From contig LSRY02000009.1 in NCBI GenBank assembly GCA_001643675.2, forward strand, positions 1,178,001-1,242,000: 64,000 nt of DNA, given 5' to 3'. Below are positions 63,431 through 64,000 of the stretch, one piece after another. The translations under genes and the position numbers were made by a program. The DNA comes from Monocercomonoides exilis PA203 (Eukaryota > Protista > Preaxostyla). Under the pieces are notes generated by a model. It ran no database searches. It was not told the DNA's origin and worked only from the letters and a program-made list of their open reading frames with translations. Position 1 is the stretch's first letter. Every line of letters starts with the position of its first letter.

Positions 63431-64000
63431 TTGAAAATTTGTGATGATGAAAAAAACTTTATGTTTTTTTTTCAGTTCATATCTTGTTTCTAAACAAAAC
63501 AAAACAAAGTTTTATGAAATCTCATGTATTAAAATTCAATGATATATTAACTTGAATGGAAGATAATTTTCGAAAACTCGATTTGGCATTCCACAAAAAA
63601 ATCAAATATTTTTTGTTTCGTTCTTCATTCATCTCATCCACAGCCATATTCAAAAAAATAAATGTTAATTGATGATCTTTTAAGGAATAAATATTTTATG
63701 TATTTTAAAACTTAGAAACATAATATTTGTTTCAATGAAAGAGGCTTATGAACCAATAGCAGCTGATCTTCAACAACTCTTTCACATTTTATTGAATTGT
63801 ACAAACATTTCTATTTTTCACGTTTCTTTTTATCCAATTAATTTGAAAATCTGCTAATTCATTAGATTGCGTGTTTCTAATTCGCAAAAAGCAAAATTTA
63901 TCGTTAAGAATTGTTTTTAACTGATTATAATCAAAATCACAAATATTCAATATTTTAAATCAAAAACTCTCAACTGAAACAAAAATTTCTTCATTATTGT

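Overview
AT-rich eukaryotic DNA with spliceosomal-type introns (GTTTGT donors) and the standard genetic code. The Cys/Gly-rich GGAI beta-helix families and Glu/Ser-rich ORFs suggest an oxymonad such as Monocercomonoides (inference). Only about three genes look intact: an acyltransferase-3 membrane protein (7111-8385), a 1577-aa Glu-rich ORF (14533-19266) and a DxD-type glycosyltransferase (43592-44479). The rest is decayed genes and nested transposons whose ends can be read base by base. Main result: a virus-like Prim-Pol primase + SF3/D5-type helicase gene is split into halves 11.7 kb apart by a hAT element (30370-42052, TSD GATTTGAG). That element's transposase is split in turn by a second TIR element (31558-34928). 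Several TIR elements (30370-42052, 31558-34928, 48452-51266, 54066-58163) enclose host-like gene fragments, a Pack-type arrangement. Also present: a decayed DIRS-like YR retrotransposon with an MT domain, a Merlin transposase pseudogene, nested MITEs, a tRNA-derived pseudogene, and a surface-protein gene with five in-frame stops but no frameshift. All family assignments come from motif recognition by eye, not database searches.
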